Origin: Eledone cirrhosa
Taxonomy: Eukaryota
Direction of reading: 5' to 3'
NCBI GenBank assembly: GCA_964016885.1
Contig: OZ024742.1
Span: forward strand, 270,258,001-270,322,000
Length of the DNA stretch: 64,000 bases
Shown: positions 26,660-41,370 of the stretch, one piece after another
Layout of the letters: the number at the start of each line of letters is the position of its first letter
Position numbering within the stretch: position 1 is the first letter of the stretch
Notes under the pieces: model-generated
Told to the model about the DNA's origin: nothing
Database searches by the model: none
Seen by the model: the letters and a program-made list of their open reading frames with translations, nothing else
Made by a program: the position numbers and the translations under genes

Positions 26660-29500
26660 GTTTATTTATTAACAACAAGGGTTTACACAAAGTAGACATT
26701 AAGGACAGTACAGGACAATACAGGAAGGTACAAAGGACATTTCTGCGTGTAAAAAAAAAACAAGAAAAAGAGGATGTAATAATAGAACAATAGGGGCCAT
26801 TTTTGTCTCTCTCACCTATCTTTCAACAAAATGCTGGGAAGAGAGCACATCCCTCTCTACCCTGATTTTCCTTTTCAAATGAAATTTGAAAATGTTAATT
26901 AGGGCATCACCGAAGAGGTAAGTGCTCGTCTTCAGCCCTTTCAAACATGTCCACCATACTATCTATTTCGCCATGGCCACCAGCAGATAAAAACTGCTTG
27001 CCCTTCCCGGCTAAAGGAAGAGGACGGGGTAATCCTCACGATGGACTTAGCTGATAGCTGGATTCGTCCTACACGCGACAGCAGGTGTTCGACATAAACC
27101 CACAGGTCAGCAATGCTCGGACACTGGACGAGTGCGTGCAGGACGGTTTCGTCGCCCTGCGCGCATCTCGGACATGCTCGGCTGACGGCACCTTCATGCC
27201 TGTAGAGTTTATCCCGAACTGGCAAAGCTCCTCGGTAGCACTGCCAGGCCAGGGATTTCTGGAAGTTGTCCATAGGCCCGGCCCGAAAGTTCTTCCGAAG
27301 AGATTGGCTAGTTGATTTTTGTCGACGCCTAGAGTTTCCCCAAGTACGTCGTCGCTCTTCCCCTTCACTAATCCTCTATAGAACGCCAAGGTAGAATTCC
27401 ACCGATCACATTGCCCGATTGGTCGAGGGCTGTAAGCGCCTGAAGACATTCCAGTCTCCAAGCGCTCCCTCTTGGTCTTCGCTTGACCCAGGACTGGAGC
27501 TCCATCAAAGAGACTATCTGGGAAAACACGCGTCTAGCAAACGGCGACCACACCTGATCACCGTCGAGGAAGAGGTGGAGATGTCGTAGCCTGAGCGTGT
27601 CTGTGCATCATCAGCCACGGCATGCCCAGCCCTCCACGTAGCGGGTGTTGACAGCAGATGCACCGCCTGAGCAGCGGAGCGCGTCCCTTCCACAAAAAGC
27701 AAAAGAGCAAACGCTCCAGCGCAGTCAGGCGGGGCTTAGGACAAGTTACGACGGTCAGGCGGTAGTAGATGACGGACGCGATGTCCTGACTATTTTGTTT
27801 GATAGTTTATTTGTTTCCCTCTGTATTTTGTTTTTGGAGAGGGAAGGAAGAGAATTTTTTATTTTTTAGTTTCTTTTTTTCATTTTTGGTTTCTTTTTTT
27901 TCTTTTTTGGTTTCTTTTTTTTCTTTTTTCCTGATACCGTTTCCCACTTCTCGTCGTTACAATCTGTCTCCAGTTGCGATAAGACGGTGAGTGGAAAATC
28001 CTTCACAGGCGTTGGTTTTGGTTGTGGTGTGGTGGATGGTGGAGGCGCTGCTGCTTGTTCTGGCGCGTTGGGCGGTGGTGGTGTTGGTTTTGCTACTGTT
28101 GCTGGGGTTGTTGCTGCTACAGTTGCTTCTGTGGTTGCTGCTACAGTTGTTGCTGCCATCTCTGCTGCTGCTGGTGTTGATAGTTGAGTCACTGGGGTAG
28201 GTAAGAGAGGTGGCCTCAACCTTTTAGCCTGAGGGCAGAAAGCCCTTAGGTGGGTTCGTTCACCACAAACGACACACCTAGGCATTCTGCCCTCGACGAT
28301 TACGGTGAGGTGGCTGCCGTCAGTGAGGTCTATTACCTCTGGATCTCCTGAATGCTTTTATGGTCCGCTTGGATCAGGAGCTCCATCCCGATCCGGACCA
28401 GTTCTCCTCTTTTCTTTCGCTATTTCCATTATCTTGGTGTTGGCCTCGATGCCGCCGAGGACCGCAGCCAATAGCCAGGGAATTTCGATGGCCGGTGGAA
28501 CTTGGGTCACCCTGATCTTCACGAGTCTCTCGTCTCAATACCTTGTGACGAGTGTGAAGTCGTCACTTATTAATGGGGCCATGGAGTGTTCTCTGGCCTC
28601 CAGTGGTGTTTCAAAGAACACGTCCACGGTTCCATATTTCTGCTCACGTCTGATGTGGGTTTTTTAGCCCACACATGTCCCAAAGCTTTTTGGATTAGGT
28701 ACTCGGATGCCCGTTCCACTCGGCGCGATTTTATGTTAATCGTCCGATAAGACACTTTGCATAGGCGCCGATGCTACATTTTATTAGGTGCGTGTGTGTG
28801 TGTGTGGGGGGGGGACTGACCCTGTACCCATCTTTCTTAACCATTCATTTGGCTTCTTCTAATTCCTCCTGAGTTACCTGGATCGCTTCGCACGTTTTTG
28901 CTACTCTCGCAAAAGACAGGGTAGTTTTCTTAATTTCATTATTGCTGTTGTCGTTATCGTTATTTTTGTTATTGTTAATTTTAGTTTCAGTTGTGGTGGT
29001 GGTGCCGTCAGTGGTCTTCGGTGTGAAAGAGTTCATTATGGTTGAATTCATTTCGATATCACGAGATCAATTATTTTTTCTTTTGTTTCTGTTGTCGGTG
29101 TGGTGGTGGTGGTGGGGTGGTGGCTTCAACACCTGCAGTCATTGGTTATGGCGGAAATGAATGTCTACCTGAGACAAATTTAAAATATTGCTACTGCTTA
29201 TATTTTTAGTGTTGGCAAATGTAGTAATATTTACAATGGTGGTGTCGGTGTGAGGTGTTGGATTGTGAGGAAGGTGTGAAACTGAGTCGTCCATGATTTT
29301 TCAAAGAAACATTTTTGTTTGATAATTATAAAAGTTTAAATATTTTGGGCTCAAGGCCCCAATCTTTTTGAGTCTTCTTTTCAGAAAACAATGTATCTGC
29401 ACTTATATACAGTTAACAATAAGAATTTTCCATAAGTGGCAATTTTAAACAACTGAAAATAACAAACCTTTGCTGAGCTCACGATAATACGATTTACTAC
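26660..29500 (-). mobile_element. Tx1/L1-like LINE copy A: ORF1 region fused to the ORF2 3' end by internal deletion
   Basis: CCHC knuckle RCVVCGERTHLRAFC (27866-28285) and C-terminal CPRC..ETVLHALVQC (26959-27273). The junction near 27784 joins the equivalents of 33740 and 30866. Confidence 0.88.
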
Positions 29501-29531
29501 GTAGGTAGCCAATAATAATAATAATAATAAT

Positions 29532-29582
<51 letters not shown>

Positions 29583-29589
29583 AATAATG

Positions 29590-32500
29590 CTTTCTTTATT
29601 AACCACAGGGGTTTACATAAAGTAGACATTAAGGACAGTACATGACAATACAGGACGGTACAAATGGGCATTTCTGCGTGTAAAAAAACAAAAAACAGAG
29701 GATGTAACAAAAAATACAATGAAAAATTAACCAATAGGGGGGGATTCCGATGGACATTTGTGGGGAAAGCCCAGTAAAAGGCCACAGTGACACTGACGAC
29801 CAGGGCAAGTGTCCTGTCCCAGTTTTCCACCTTTAATTTACAGGCACATACTCAGAGTAGGCCCATTCACTCGGGCCATACTTGCTTCTCTCATCCATCT
29901 TTCAACAGAATGCTGGGAAGAGAGCACTCCCCTCTGTACCCTGATTTTCCTTTTCAAATGAAATTTGAAAATGTTAATTAGGGCATCACCGAAGAGGTAA
30001 GTGCTCGTCTTCAGCCCTTTCAAACGTGTCCACCATACTATCACCTTTCTCCATAGCCAACAGACAGATAAAAACTGCCTGCCCTTGCCGGCTAAAGGGA
30101 GAAGACGGGGCAATCCTCACGATGGACTCAGCTGATAGCTAGATCCGTCCTACACGCGACAAGGTGTTCGACATAAACCCACAAGTCAGCAATGCTCGGA
30201 CACTGGACGAGTGCGTGCAGAACGGTTTCGTCGCCCTGTGCGCATCTCGGTTATGCTCGGCTGACGGCACCTCCATGCCTATAGAGTTTATCCCGAACTG
30301 GCAAAGCTCCTCGGTAGCTCTGCCAGGCCAGGGATTTCTGGAAGTTGTCCATAGGCCCCGGCCCGAAAGTTCTTCTGAAGAGATTGGCTAGTTGATTTTC
30401 GTCGACGCCTAGAGTTTCTCCAATTACGTCGTCGCTCTTCCCCTCCACTAATCCTCTATAGAACGCCAAGGTGGAGTTTCCACAGATCACATTGCCCGTT
30501 TTGTCGAGGGCTGTGAGTGCCTGATACATTCCCGTCTCCAAGCGCTCCCTCTCGGTCTTCGCTTGACCCAAGACTGCAGCTCCGTCAAGGAGACGAGCTG
30601 GGGAAAGACGAGTCTAGCAAACGGCGACCACACCTGATCACCGTCGAGGAAGAGGTGGAGATGTCGTATCCTGAGCGTGTGTCTGTACATCATCAGCTAC
30701 GGCATGCCCAATCCTCCAGGTAGCGGGTGTTGACAGCAGATGGACCGCCTGATCATCGGAGCGCGTCCCTTCCACAAAAAGCGAAAGAGCAAACGCTCCA
30801 GCGCAGTCAGGCAGGGCTTAGGACAAGGTACGACGGTCAGGCGGTAGTAGATGACGGACGCGATGTACGCGTTAGCTACCACCGCTCGACATTTCTCTAC
30901 GCCCATTTTTGGGTGAGAGAAGCCACCCTGCTCGTCACCTCGTCCAAGATTTTGTCCGTCTGGAGTTCCGTATCGGACCAGACCCATAGCAATTTAACTG
31001 GTCCGTCCTTCCAGCGCCTGACGACGCTGTGGACGGCATGGACCTGCCTCTCCAGGTGCCGAACTGCAGGCCCACTGACTGTTCCTGGTTGATCATTGCT
31101 CCTGTCACCGCATCGTATTCTCTTAGTGTAGTGCCGATCGCCTCGTTGTGTTAGGCGTTCGACACCACTACGGTGACATCGTCCGCATATGCTGACACGG
31201 ATTTTCCGCACCCTAGTTCACGCGAGATCCTCCTCAACGTCTCCAGTTTGTGCAGTAATGTCGCAGGAGTAAATACGTACAAGAGGAACGAGAGGGGACA
31301 ACCTTCGTGGACCGAGCGCATGATGTTGAACGGTTCCGAAAGGTGACCGTTCACTCTCACCACAGAGCAGATATCGCAGTGCATGGCAGCGATCCAGCCT
31401 CTGAAGACGGGCCCAAAGCCAGCCGCCCTCAGCACTGCCGCTAGGTAACGATGGTCGGCACTATCGAAAGATTGCGACTGATCTAAATTTATCAAAGACA
31501 CACCCGTGACAGGTTCCCTAGCTACCCTCTCCACGATGTAACGCATGAGGTGGAGGTGCCCGTGGATGGATCTGTCGCGAATGGCGCATGTATGCGCCTC
31601 TCCCACCTGACCACCAACGACAAGCGCCAACCATTTTGCCAGCACCTTGGCCAAAATCTTGAACTCTGTCTTTAGCAGAGTTATGGGTCTGAAAGTATTT
31701 ATGTTATCCCCCTTGTTCGGTACCATTCTCAGCAGCGCCACCGCTCCTCGGCTCACAGAGCTGGGAATTCTCCCGTTTTGTTGCCAGTTGCAGCAGACGT
31801 CCGCCAAGAAGCCTCCGAACAAGTCTGGCTTCTGTACGTAAAGTTCATAGGGCAGACCATCCAAACCAGGCGATTTATCCATTGTGCAGCCAGTCATTGC
31901 TTCCCGTTTTTCAGCGGCTGTTATCGGCTTTTAGCAACACTCCACCTCAGTGGCCGAGAGCCGCGGCAGTCCGTCGAGGTAGACACTAAAGTCCATTCTT
32001 CGAACTTGCCCGCCGCTGCCACCGAAAAGCTGAGCGAAGTGTCGCTGAAAATCTGCACACATTTTCCCGGGATCGCGTAGCATTCGCACGTCGTGGTCCA
32101 CCAAAGACCGGATCGTCGCTTTGTTGCTATGACGCGCCTCCGCCACTCGGGCCCATTGAACGGCTTTTGTCCCCTCGTGCCTGAGAGCATGCACGCTAGC
32201 TCTGACAACGCAGCCTTCGTGCTTTGCCTTGAAAAATTGGGCAAGGTCCAATTTCGCCGCAAGTATGTCGGTTGCAATGCCTTTGCTAAGCGCCTCGTCT
32301 AATTTTCTAACTAGTTCTCCCTCTGCTCTATTTTTCTCTATAGCTAAAGCCTTACTAAACCTAATGGACTCTATTCTAATCGCTCTTTTCAGAGCAAACC
32401 ACCACTTGTTGTTGACGATGGCCCCCGTCAACGCCCGCTTAACTAGTTCGCTAATCCGGTCTCTGTAGGCCTTGCGCGCTGGTAAGGACGCATTTAGCTT

Positions 32501-34325
32501 CCAGTAGCCAGGTCCTTGTCTATGAAGCCTATCTAACTCAACCACACAGACCATGAATCTGTGGTCCGTGCAGCTGACTATCTTGAATTGTGGACAACCT
32601 ATGCTAGACCTATCTATTTCCCTACAAAATACTCTATCTAGATATAATGTGGATGAACCGATACAGTTTGTCCAATTCCACATTGGCACATTCGGAAATC
32701 CAATCAGTACCTGTCAGACAGTTCAAAACGCCTGAGCAGGTTGGTGAGGATATTGCACCCTCCTCCCCTATCCGCTAATCCCACACAATCCCAGCGTGCA
32801 TCTAAGATCCCGTTCCAGTCGCCCACTAACACTAAAGAGCGGTACGTTCCAAGAAAGGTCTCCAGACGCCGGAAGAAATCAGGCCGCCCTGCTCCTGTCG
32901 GGGCATATACGGTCACTAGCCTGAAAGCTTGCCCGTCTCCGCTGGTCGCGTCCAGCACCACCAACATACCTTCTGGGTCAAGGAAGATGGCCCGAATGGC
33001 AAGAACCATACCACTCTGAAAAACACAGCAAATCCTCCCTCCGATCCAGGACGGCTGGGAGATGCGTACATATAGTAGCCGCTGAAGATCGGTGCGAAGG
33101 CCCGTGCTTCGGAGATTCTGGTCTCGCTGATGGTCACTCCATCTATTTTTAGTGACCTGAGATGGTTGAGTACGTGGCCCTGCTTCCATGACGACCCCAA
33201 GCCACGCGCATTTATGCTGCCTATTGTGACTGAGGTCATGTTGAAAAGGAGTGGAAAAGATGGGAAAGACGACTTACCTCACTTCTCGTAGAGGAAGGAT
33301 GGTATATCCATCCTTATCACTGCTTGTGGTCTCCTCCGAAGGATGTCCTTATAAATCCTCCTGGAGTGTGCTTGTCGGAAGTCTCCGATGTCTTTGCGGA
33401 ATTTTTGTTTTAGTGTCGTGTACGTTTTCTCCGTGATGCGAGTGATTTGTATGCGTGGAGCTGATGTGAACATTTGGGGTGTTGTGTAGTCTTTTTCTGT
33501 GATGCTGGTGTTGTGTTGGATGTAGTGTAATAATTGGTTGTTTTTCAAATTTAATGCTGTGTAGTGTGTATCGTTTTGGTTGTTTTGTTTTGTTTGCGCT
33601 TGTTGTGGGTTTGTTTCTGTTTCCCTTTTTGGTGACTTTTGTGGTGTTGTTGATGGTGGTGTTGGGGTTAATAATAGTGATGGTGTTGGTGTTTGTGGTG
33701 ATGGGGTTGGTGATGCGGGTGTGGGTGGTGGCATAGTTGTCCTAACTTTTTTGTTTGATAGTTTATTTGTTTCCCTCTGTATTTTGTTTTTGGATGGGGA
33801 AGGAAGAGGATTTTTTATTTTTTGACTTCTTTTTCCTTTTTTCTTTATTTCCTGATACCGTTTCCCACTCCTCGTCGTCACAATCTGTCTCCAGTTGTGA
33901 TAGGTCGGGGAGTGGAAAATCCTCCACAGGCGTTCATTTTGGTTGTGGCATGGGGGATGGTGGAGGGGGCTTGTGCTAGTTCTGCCGCGGTGGGTGGTGG
34001 TGGTGTTGGTTTAGCTACTGTTGCTGGGGTTGTTGCCCGCTACAGTTGTTTCTGTTGTTGTTGCTACAGTAGTTGCTGCCATTCTGCTGCTGATGGTGTT
34101 GATGGTTGAGTCACTAGGGTGTGTAAGAGAGGTGGCCTCAACCTTTTAGCCTGAGGGCAGAAAGCCTTTAGGTGGGTTCCTTCACCACAAACGACACACC
34201 TAGGCCTTCTACCCTCGACGATTATGGTGAGGTGGCTGCCGTCAGTGAGGTCTATTACCTCTGGGATCTCCTCAATGCTTATTTGGTCCGCTTGGATCAG
34301 GAGCTCCATCCCATGAAAACTGCCT
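29590..34325 (-). mobile_element. Tx1/L1-like LINE copy B: ORF1 3' part and complete but frameshifted ORF2
   Basis: APE endonuclease (INARGL, SETR, GDWN, LDRVF, TDH), RT (KSPGLDGLPYE, RPITLL, GCPLS, YADD), GGLGMP and a terminal Cys/His finger. Ends in (TTA)n at 29511-29588. Confidence 0.93.
29900..33239 (-). pseudogene. LINE ORF2 (APE endonuclease-RT), disrupted
   Basis: ORF pieces 32916-33239, 32704-33189, 31931-32689, 31151-31897, 30697-30987 and 30251-30571. Confidence 0.9.
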
Positions 34326-34329
34326 GCCA

Positions 34330-36590
34330 TTTGCGGTTAAATGAAGGCGGCGGTGCAATCCTCATGATGGACTCAGCTGATAGCCACATCCATCCTACAT
34401 ACAACAGCAGGTGTTCGACATAAACCCACAAGTCACAAATGCTCGAACATTGGACGAGTCCGTGCAGGATGGTTTCGTCACTCAGCGCTCATCTCGGACA
34501 GGCCCGGCTGATTGCACTTCTATTCCTGTAGAGTTCATCCAAACTGGCAAATCTCCCCAGTAGCACTGCCAGTTCAGTTATTTTTGGAAATTATCCATGG
34601 GCCCGTTAGTTTTCCCTAATAGATTGGCAAGTTGATTTTCGTCGAGGCCAGATTGTCCCCAAGGACGTCGTCGCACTTTCCCTCCATTAACCATCTATAT
34701 AAAATCAAGGTGGAATTTACACCGATCGCATCACCCAATTGCCGAGGGCTGTGAGCGGCTGAAGACATTCCAGTCTCCAAGCACTCCCTCTCAGTTTTCG
34801 CATGATCCAGGGCTGCAGCTCCGTCAAGTAGGCAAGCTGAGGAAAAACCGCCTAGCAAACGGCGATCACACCTGATCAGCGTCGAGTAATAGATGGAGCT
34901 GCCATAGCCTTAGTGCATGTTTGCGCATCATCAAGCACGACATGGCCAGCCTTCCACAGGTAGCGGGTGTTGACAGCAAACGGACCATTTCTCCATCGGA
35001 GCGCGTCCCTTCCACAAAAAGCAAAAGAGCAAAGGCTCCAACGCAGTCAGGCGAAGCTTAGGATAACGCACGTTGGTCAGGTGGTAGTAAAGCTCATGTG
35101 TACGTAAATCTCATAGGGGGGAGACGATCCAAACAAGGCAATTTACTCATCGCACAGTCAGTCATTGATACCCGTATTTCAATCGCTGTTATTTGCTCTT
35201 CGCAACATTCCCCCTCAGTGGCCGAGAGTCGAAGCAGTCCGTCTTGGTAGGGGCTAAAGTCCATCCTGTGATCCGACTTACCACTGCCCCCGAACAGCTA
35301 AGCGATGTGCCGCTGAAAATCCGCAAACATTTTCCCGGGTTCGAGAAATATGTGCCTGTCGTGGATCTCCAAAAACCGGATGTGGCTTTGTTGCCACGAC
35401 ACTTTTCCGCCACTCGGGCCCATCGAACGGCTTTCCTCCTTCCGTGTCTCAGGGCACGCGTCTGATAACACTACCTTCGTGCTTTGCGTTGGAGAATTGG
35501 TTGAGAGCCAATTTCGCCGCAAGCACGTCAGTCGCAATGCCTTTACTAAGCGCCTCGTCTATGTTTGTAACTAGTTCTCCCTCTGCTCTCTTTTTCTCTA
35601 TTGCTAATACCTTAATAAACCTAATGGACGCTATTCTAATAGCCCTTTTTAGGGGCGAACCACCATTTGTTGTTGACGAATGCCCCCATCAACGCCGGCT
35701 AAGTAGTTCGCTAATCATCTCTGTAGGCTGTGAGCGCTGTCAACAACGTATTTAGCTTCCAGTAACTGGGACCCGTCTATGAACTTACCTAAGTTGAGCA
35801 AACATATCACGAAATTATGTTCTGTGTAATCGACATTTTTGAATTGTGGGCAACCTATGCAGAACTCCGCCCCCCGATCAAGAACGGCTTGGGTATTTGT
35901 ACACACCGTAACCACCGAAGATGTGTGTGTCGGAAATTATGGTTTCGCTGATGGCCACCATATCTGTATTCAGTTACCTGAGGTCGTTGAGCAGGTCACC
36001 CCGCTTCCATCACGACCCCAGGCCACGTGCTTATATGGTGCCTATTATCAGTAAGGATATGTTGAAAAGGAGTGGAAAAGGTGGCAAAGACCACTTACTT
36101 CAGTTCATGTGGAAGAAGTATGGTTATTCCGCCCTTCTCTCTGTTGGCGGCCCTCTCCGGAAGGATGTCTTAATATATCCTCCTGGAAAGTGTTTGCCGG
36201 AAATTTTAATTTTAGGGTTGTGTATGATACGAGTGATTTCTGAGTGTTGTGTTGGTGTAAATGTTTGGGGTGTTGTATAGTTTTAGTCTGTGTTGCTGCT
36301 GTTATGTTGGATGCAGTGTAATAATTAGTTATTGTTCAAGATTAATGCTGTGTAGTTTGTTTCAGTTTGGTTGCTTTGTGTTCTTTGCGTTTGTTGTGTG
36401 TTGGTTTCTGTTTCGCTTATTGGTGTTTTTTGGGTTGTTGATTGTGGTGTTGGCGATGATGATGGTGATGGGGCTGATGATGCTGGTGTGTGTGTGGTGG
36501 CGTAGCTCTCTTAACTCTCCTGTTCTTTTGTTTGTTTCGCCCTCTATTTTTTCTTTTCTCTTTTGAGGGCATAGGAAGAGGGGTCACTCT
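34330..36590 (-). mobile_element. Older, deleted Tx1/L1-like copy C
   Basis: Diverged homology to 30100-30830, 31880-32600 and 33230-33800. Confidence 0.8.
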
Positions 36591-36749
36591 TTTCTGGAAT
36601 TTGTCACATGTTATTGACGCACCATTCAGAAATCATTTAAACGACGAGAGAAATCATTGTGCAGCCAATAGATTTAAAGTATCCAACGTCTTAAGTGATC
36701 CGAACATTAGGCATTTGACCGTCTCTTATGTTGATGTACAGGCCTAGAA

Positions 36750-38420
36750 TATTCATTTTGGTATAGTTGGTGTTATATCCAGATCGTCGAATTTTATTTT
36801 CTCTTCTATGAATGTATTAGATAGTTTCCTCTTTAGAAAAATCCTTCTGAGCAATAACACCTGCAAAATCCAAGTCTGGGTGTTCGTAATCTATATGTGT
36901 CAGTATACGTTACTCTGTTTTCTTAGACGGTATTCAGTACAAAGATTAAAATTGGGAGTTCGCTAATAAGCCCGCATGTTTTTATTTTGAATAGTTCACT
37001 TGATCAAGTTTGATACAGCTTCCACTACCGTCGTAGATATACGATATCGTTTCCATTATTATATTTGGTACCCCATAATAACGCAGCATGACACACATCT
37101 TAATTCTGTCTATACACTTTGCTAATATCTATGACTGTGACAACAATCTTTGTACAAGCTTTGTACACTGTTATTTTTTGTTAATTACTGTATGCCATGA
37201 TGGGTCTACACAATCTCCTGAAACCTGACAAGAGCTGAGCAGGATTTTCCCATAAGCAAATTCAGCTTTTCATCTAGTGACACTTCTCCGGAAATTGTCC
37301 TTCATCGATAAATAAATTTATTGAAAGCAAGAAAATGAATCCCATTAACAAAACTGTTTATCTCTTGGTATGCATAACCAAGTACGGACTAAACAAATCT
37401 TTTTTTGCTCAAACTAAGTTTCTAACCAAATACTTTGCACGCTGCACAACACTATCCATTAGAATATGCATATCAGCTTTGTAATGTGCCAGAAGATCAC
37501 AAACAAAGGCGGAGAGGAGATCCTGAAATGTTCTATAAATGTTCTACTGACAAAAGAACGGCGCAATTTAATACCTTCTGATTAGTCCTATATCTTACAC
37601 AAAACCCAACATCACAATTTTCTTGTGCGTCGACAAGAATGACTGAAAATACGAGGACAAGGTAGGTCTTACCCGAACATCTCCCTGCTTTACACCACTA
37701 TCTTCTTTTACTAAATTAGATGGGAACAATTGACGCTAACCCCTGCTTTCATATTATCATGAAGCTGCTTGAAATTCTCAGCAAATAGTAGTGAACAGCT
37801 TACCTCTCCCAGGATATATTTGCGATCTAATTGAAAGTAGGAAATACCTTAATTAAGTCGGAATAATTGAATATGGTTTAGGCGTTGCTCAGAACATTTT
37901 TCTTGGAAATGAAGAGCTGTAAAAATCATGTCAACTGCTCCCCTCTCAACACGAAATCCACACTGGGAATTTGGTCTAACACGTGGATATATGTGCTTCA
38001 TTAATCCCTTGAGAAGATTCCTAGTAAATGGCTTAACACACTGGTCTAACCACAAAATATTGCTAAAGTGATCACAAACAACATTTTTGCTTTTACCTTT
38101 GTAAAGTGAGTCCTTAATTGTATCTGTTTAGTCTTACATCAGTAGAGTACCATTCCAAATGTAGACAAATGCGTCATATAGCATTTGCGTCATAGACCAC
38201 AGGGAATTCCGTAAGCATGCCATCTATACATGGAGCTTTACCATTATTTAACTGATTCATGCAACATCAAACTCCCCAATACATTGAATATTATTCAATT
38301 CATCGGCTATATCAAATAGGGGAACATTTCTTATAGCAGCATCTACCACATCTTCATTTTCCCAGCATAATTTTATAAGAATGACATCATCATTAGAATC
38401 CAGAATTGCTAAACTGAAGA
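36750..38420 (-). mobile_element. Highly decayed RTE-clade LINE
   Basis: PNSQCGFRVERGAVDMIFTALHFQEKCSEQ (37849-38055). Confidence 0.7.
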
Positions 38421-39219
38421 GTGGAGGCCCCATAACCTCTTCTAGAAATTGTTCATAAGAATCGCATTCGTTCAATTTGTGGACTCCTGAATCTCTGATG
38501 ACTTAAATCTCTAGCCGTTATCATTCATTTTCCTTAAATCTATCTCTATCTGCTTCTTCGTGACGTTAATAGCTATAATTCTACATTGATTCTCCAGATA
38601 TATATATACCTGTTGATTTTACATTCAGATATATACCTGTGATTATTAGGGGACTGATATATGTTAGTAACTGCCTCAGTACACATCTTGGGAAGCTAGG
38701 TGTCACAGAACCAAAGAGAACACGACTAGGTTAGAAATTATGAGTACAATCCATTAATGGAAAAGTAAAATATGTAAAAAATTCCAAAATGTCTGCATGT
38801 AATAACTGCATGTTTACATGTACAGACACAAAACATATACACATGCACACACATAAATAAAAACATATATAACAACACATATATTGACATCCATACCAGC
38901 ACACACACTCACTCATGAAGTAATATATACATATTTACCAAGTAGATGTTGTTTAAATTCCAATGAAAGAGTCTTGTGTCTATGTTATAAACCGACTCTC
39001 TCTCTATTGATAGATATTTATAAAATGATAACACCAGAAGAGAATACATAATTACATACGTATATTCATACATATAGAATTGTGGAAATACGGCCATTTC
39101 TTAGAACGAATAAAACATAACAAAAACGTGTTATTGATGTTATATCACTAGCCACATTAGATGGTGATTAGAGGAGTGACTTACGTGCCATACCACACAG
39201 TGTGCAGTGAAGCTTCCCA

Positions 39220-41370
39220 CCTACTTGAATCTGGTTGGCATAGCATCCTTGTGGTGCCGTGTTACCCCACTTGAAGAGTGACACATTTTGCTACAGATGC
39301 CACATGCAACATCAAGGTGGAAGGGGTACTCAGGCATGGTATTTACATAAGTACGACAGCTTCGATGGAATAGTATGTGGACATACTCATCCGCATATCC
39401 CACAGGTAAGAGTTTCTTTCAAACCTCGTTCAGGGTACACACTATCATACTCCATATATTTAGCTGCTCGCTTCATGATTCCCTAGCTCATCTTCTTCCT
39501 TTCAAATTCAGTAACATATGTAGCACTGTTTGCCCCTCGGATCTATCGGTTGCAAGATTTTCCTATGTCCCCGTGTTGATGTTGACTATCTTCAAGATAT
39601 CTGTCAGACAGTCTTTGATGCGCTTGTGGAGTTTGCACCGTAAGCTCTTACCGTGAAAAATCTTGCCATACAACACTTGCTTGGTGATTCAACTGTAGGC
39701 GGACTATATGACGTCTCCTCATGAGGCCTTGTTTCATCAACGTACTCTAGATTATTCGCATAGAGGCCCGTTGCAGCCTACCTATGCTTGTTGTATAGGA
39801 CAACCATCAGATCTTCAGGAAGGAACCCAAGCATTGTTGGTGAAATTATTCGAGACGCTGGATATGCCAACATTATGTTGCCTATATCTCATATCCATAA
39901 ATCACGACTGTGAGCACACATACTTGATATACTTCGATCTTCGTGAAAACACTGATAGCTGACTGTAATCATAGGTGTTTCTCCGGCTTACCAAAAATAT
40001 CGGAAGATTTAGACAGCCGGAACTTACCTCTTTGTCAAGGGTGCTGGTACTTGTGAGAATACTACTCAGGTTGACATAATTAACGACAACCTACATTATT
40101 TTCCCTTTGACAGATATAGATGGTGGAATATATGACTTTCCGAGTGCATGCTGGTACATAAACACTGTCTTTTCCAGGCTGATTGTCAGCGCGAATTCAT
40201 CACATGCTGCCGAGAATCAATCCATCAGGAGTTGAAGATCTTGATCTGTGCTAATAATACCACACCACATCTGTCTAAAGAAGATTTCTTATCAGCGTAA
40301 TATATGATTTTGATATAGTCAGGAAACGTCAGTTATTAAAAAAGCCTCTGTGCTGTTCGATAGCGTATGCCAGCATCGATGTTGACGAATTCTTTTAGCA
40401 AAAGAACGACAGGAAATATGTCAAGCAATGTTGGGCTCACAAACAAACCCATGCTCTCATGTCATTATACTATGAACTTATAAACACTTTAAATTTCTCA
40501 GGGCAACCAAGGCTCAAATATATGTTCCTATTGACTATGTCAAGTAATTCGTGAGATAAATAAAGTAATTTTACAATTCAAGACCTTACACTTTCCCTGC
40601 ATCTGCTATACCGCAAAGATCATATCTGTAGTGCTGCGATATGGACACAAACATTACTGAGAATCCGGCAGAATTTTCGGAGCAGTGTTCATCAGCAAAC
40701 GATTACGAAGGTTCTTGGCAAAGATTCTACCAACAACTAATAGTAGAGAGATCCCACGGTATTTGTCACAAACATCTTTGAGTCCGTTCATGAAGAGGAA
40801 GGTGAGAATGACATCCGTTAAATCCTCCTGCAGGTATATGTTATGCAACTGATCTTATACTTTAGGACCACCTGTAACTGGAAAGTTCATTCTTATTGCA
40901 TTTTCTACATTCCATGACATCCTATGCAGGGCCATGTTGTGAAGTCGCACAAGCCATGAGAATTAAAATCACCCAACACTACAGGTTAATCATTTCTATT
41001 TAAATTGTTCCAGTCTATTCACAGATCTGCATAAAGTTTATCTATTTATTCTTGGGGATTTAAAAGAGTTAGAACATACCCACTGACTAAGGTAATAAAA
41101 CGGTTAAATTGGAGCGGCAACCTAAGTGTCATAATGTGATCTGAGATACCATGTGGTAGCTCTGTTAGAATTTGCACCAGGGCTGTTCTTATATTAAAAC
41201 CGATTCCAGCTCCACAACGCTCATTTTCTGGTCGGCCCTTGTAGAATAAGGTGTATCATGTGCTTGGTTCCTGTAGTTGACCAATCTTGAGTATCCATGT
41301 TTTAGTGAGAACAATTATATCTAGTTGATACCGATAAAACTCTTTATAGATAAGAGCAGTCCGACATTCA
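39220..41370 (-). mobile_element. Decayed RTE-clade LINE
   Basis: CDKYRGISLLLVVGRIFAKNLRNRL..ILPDSQ (40654-40848) and a C-terminal C2H2-like motif CGICSK..GVTRH (39221-39403). Confidence 0.75.

Noticed and set aside
36756-36861. Apparent minus-strand terminal exon after ttttgcag (VLLLRRIFLKRK...)
   Set aside because: It lies at the expected 3' end of the decayed RTE element, so it is better explained as LINE sequence.
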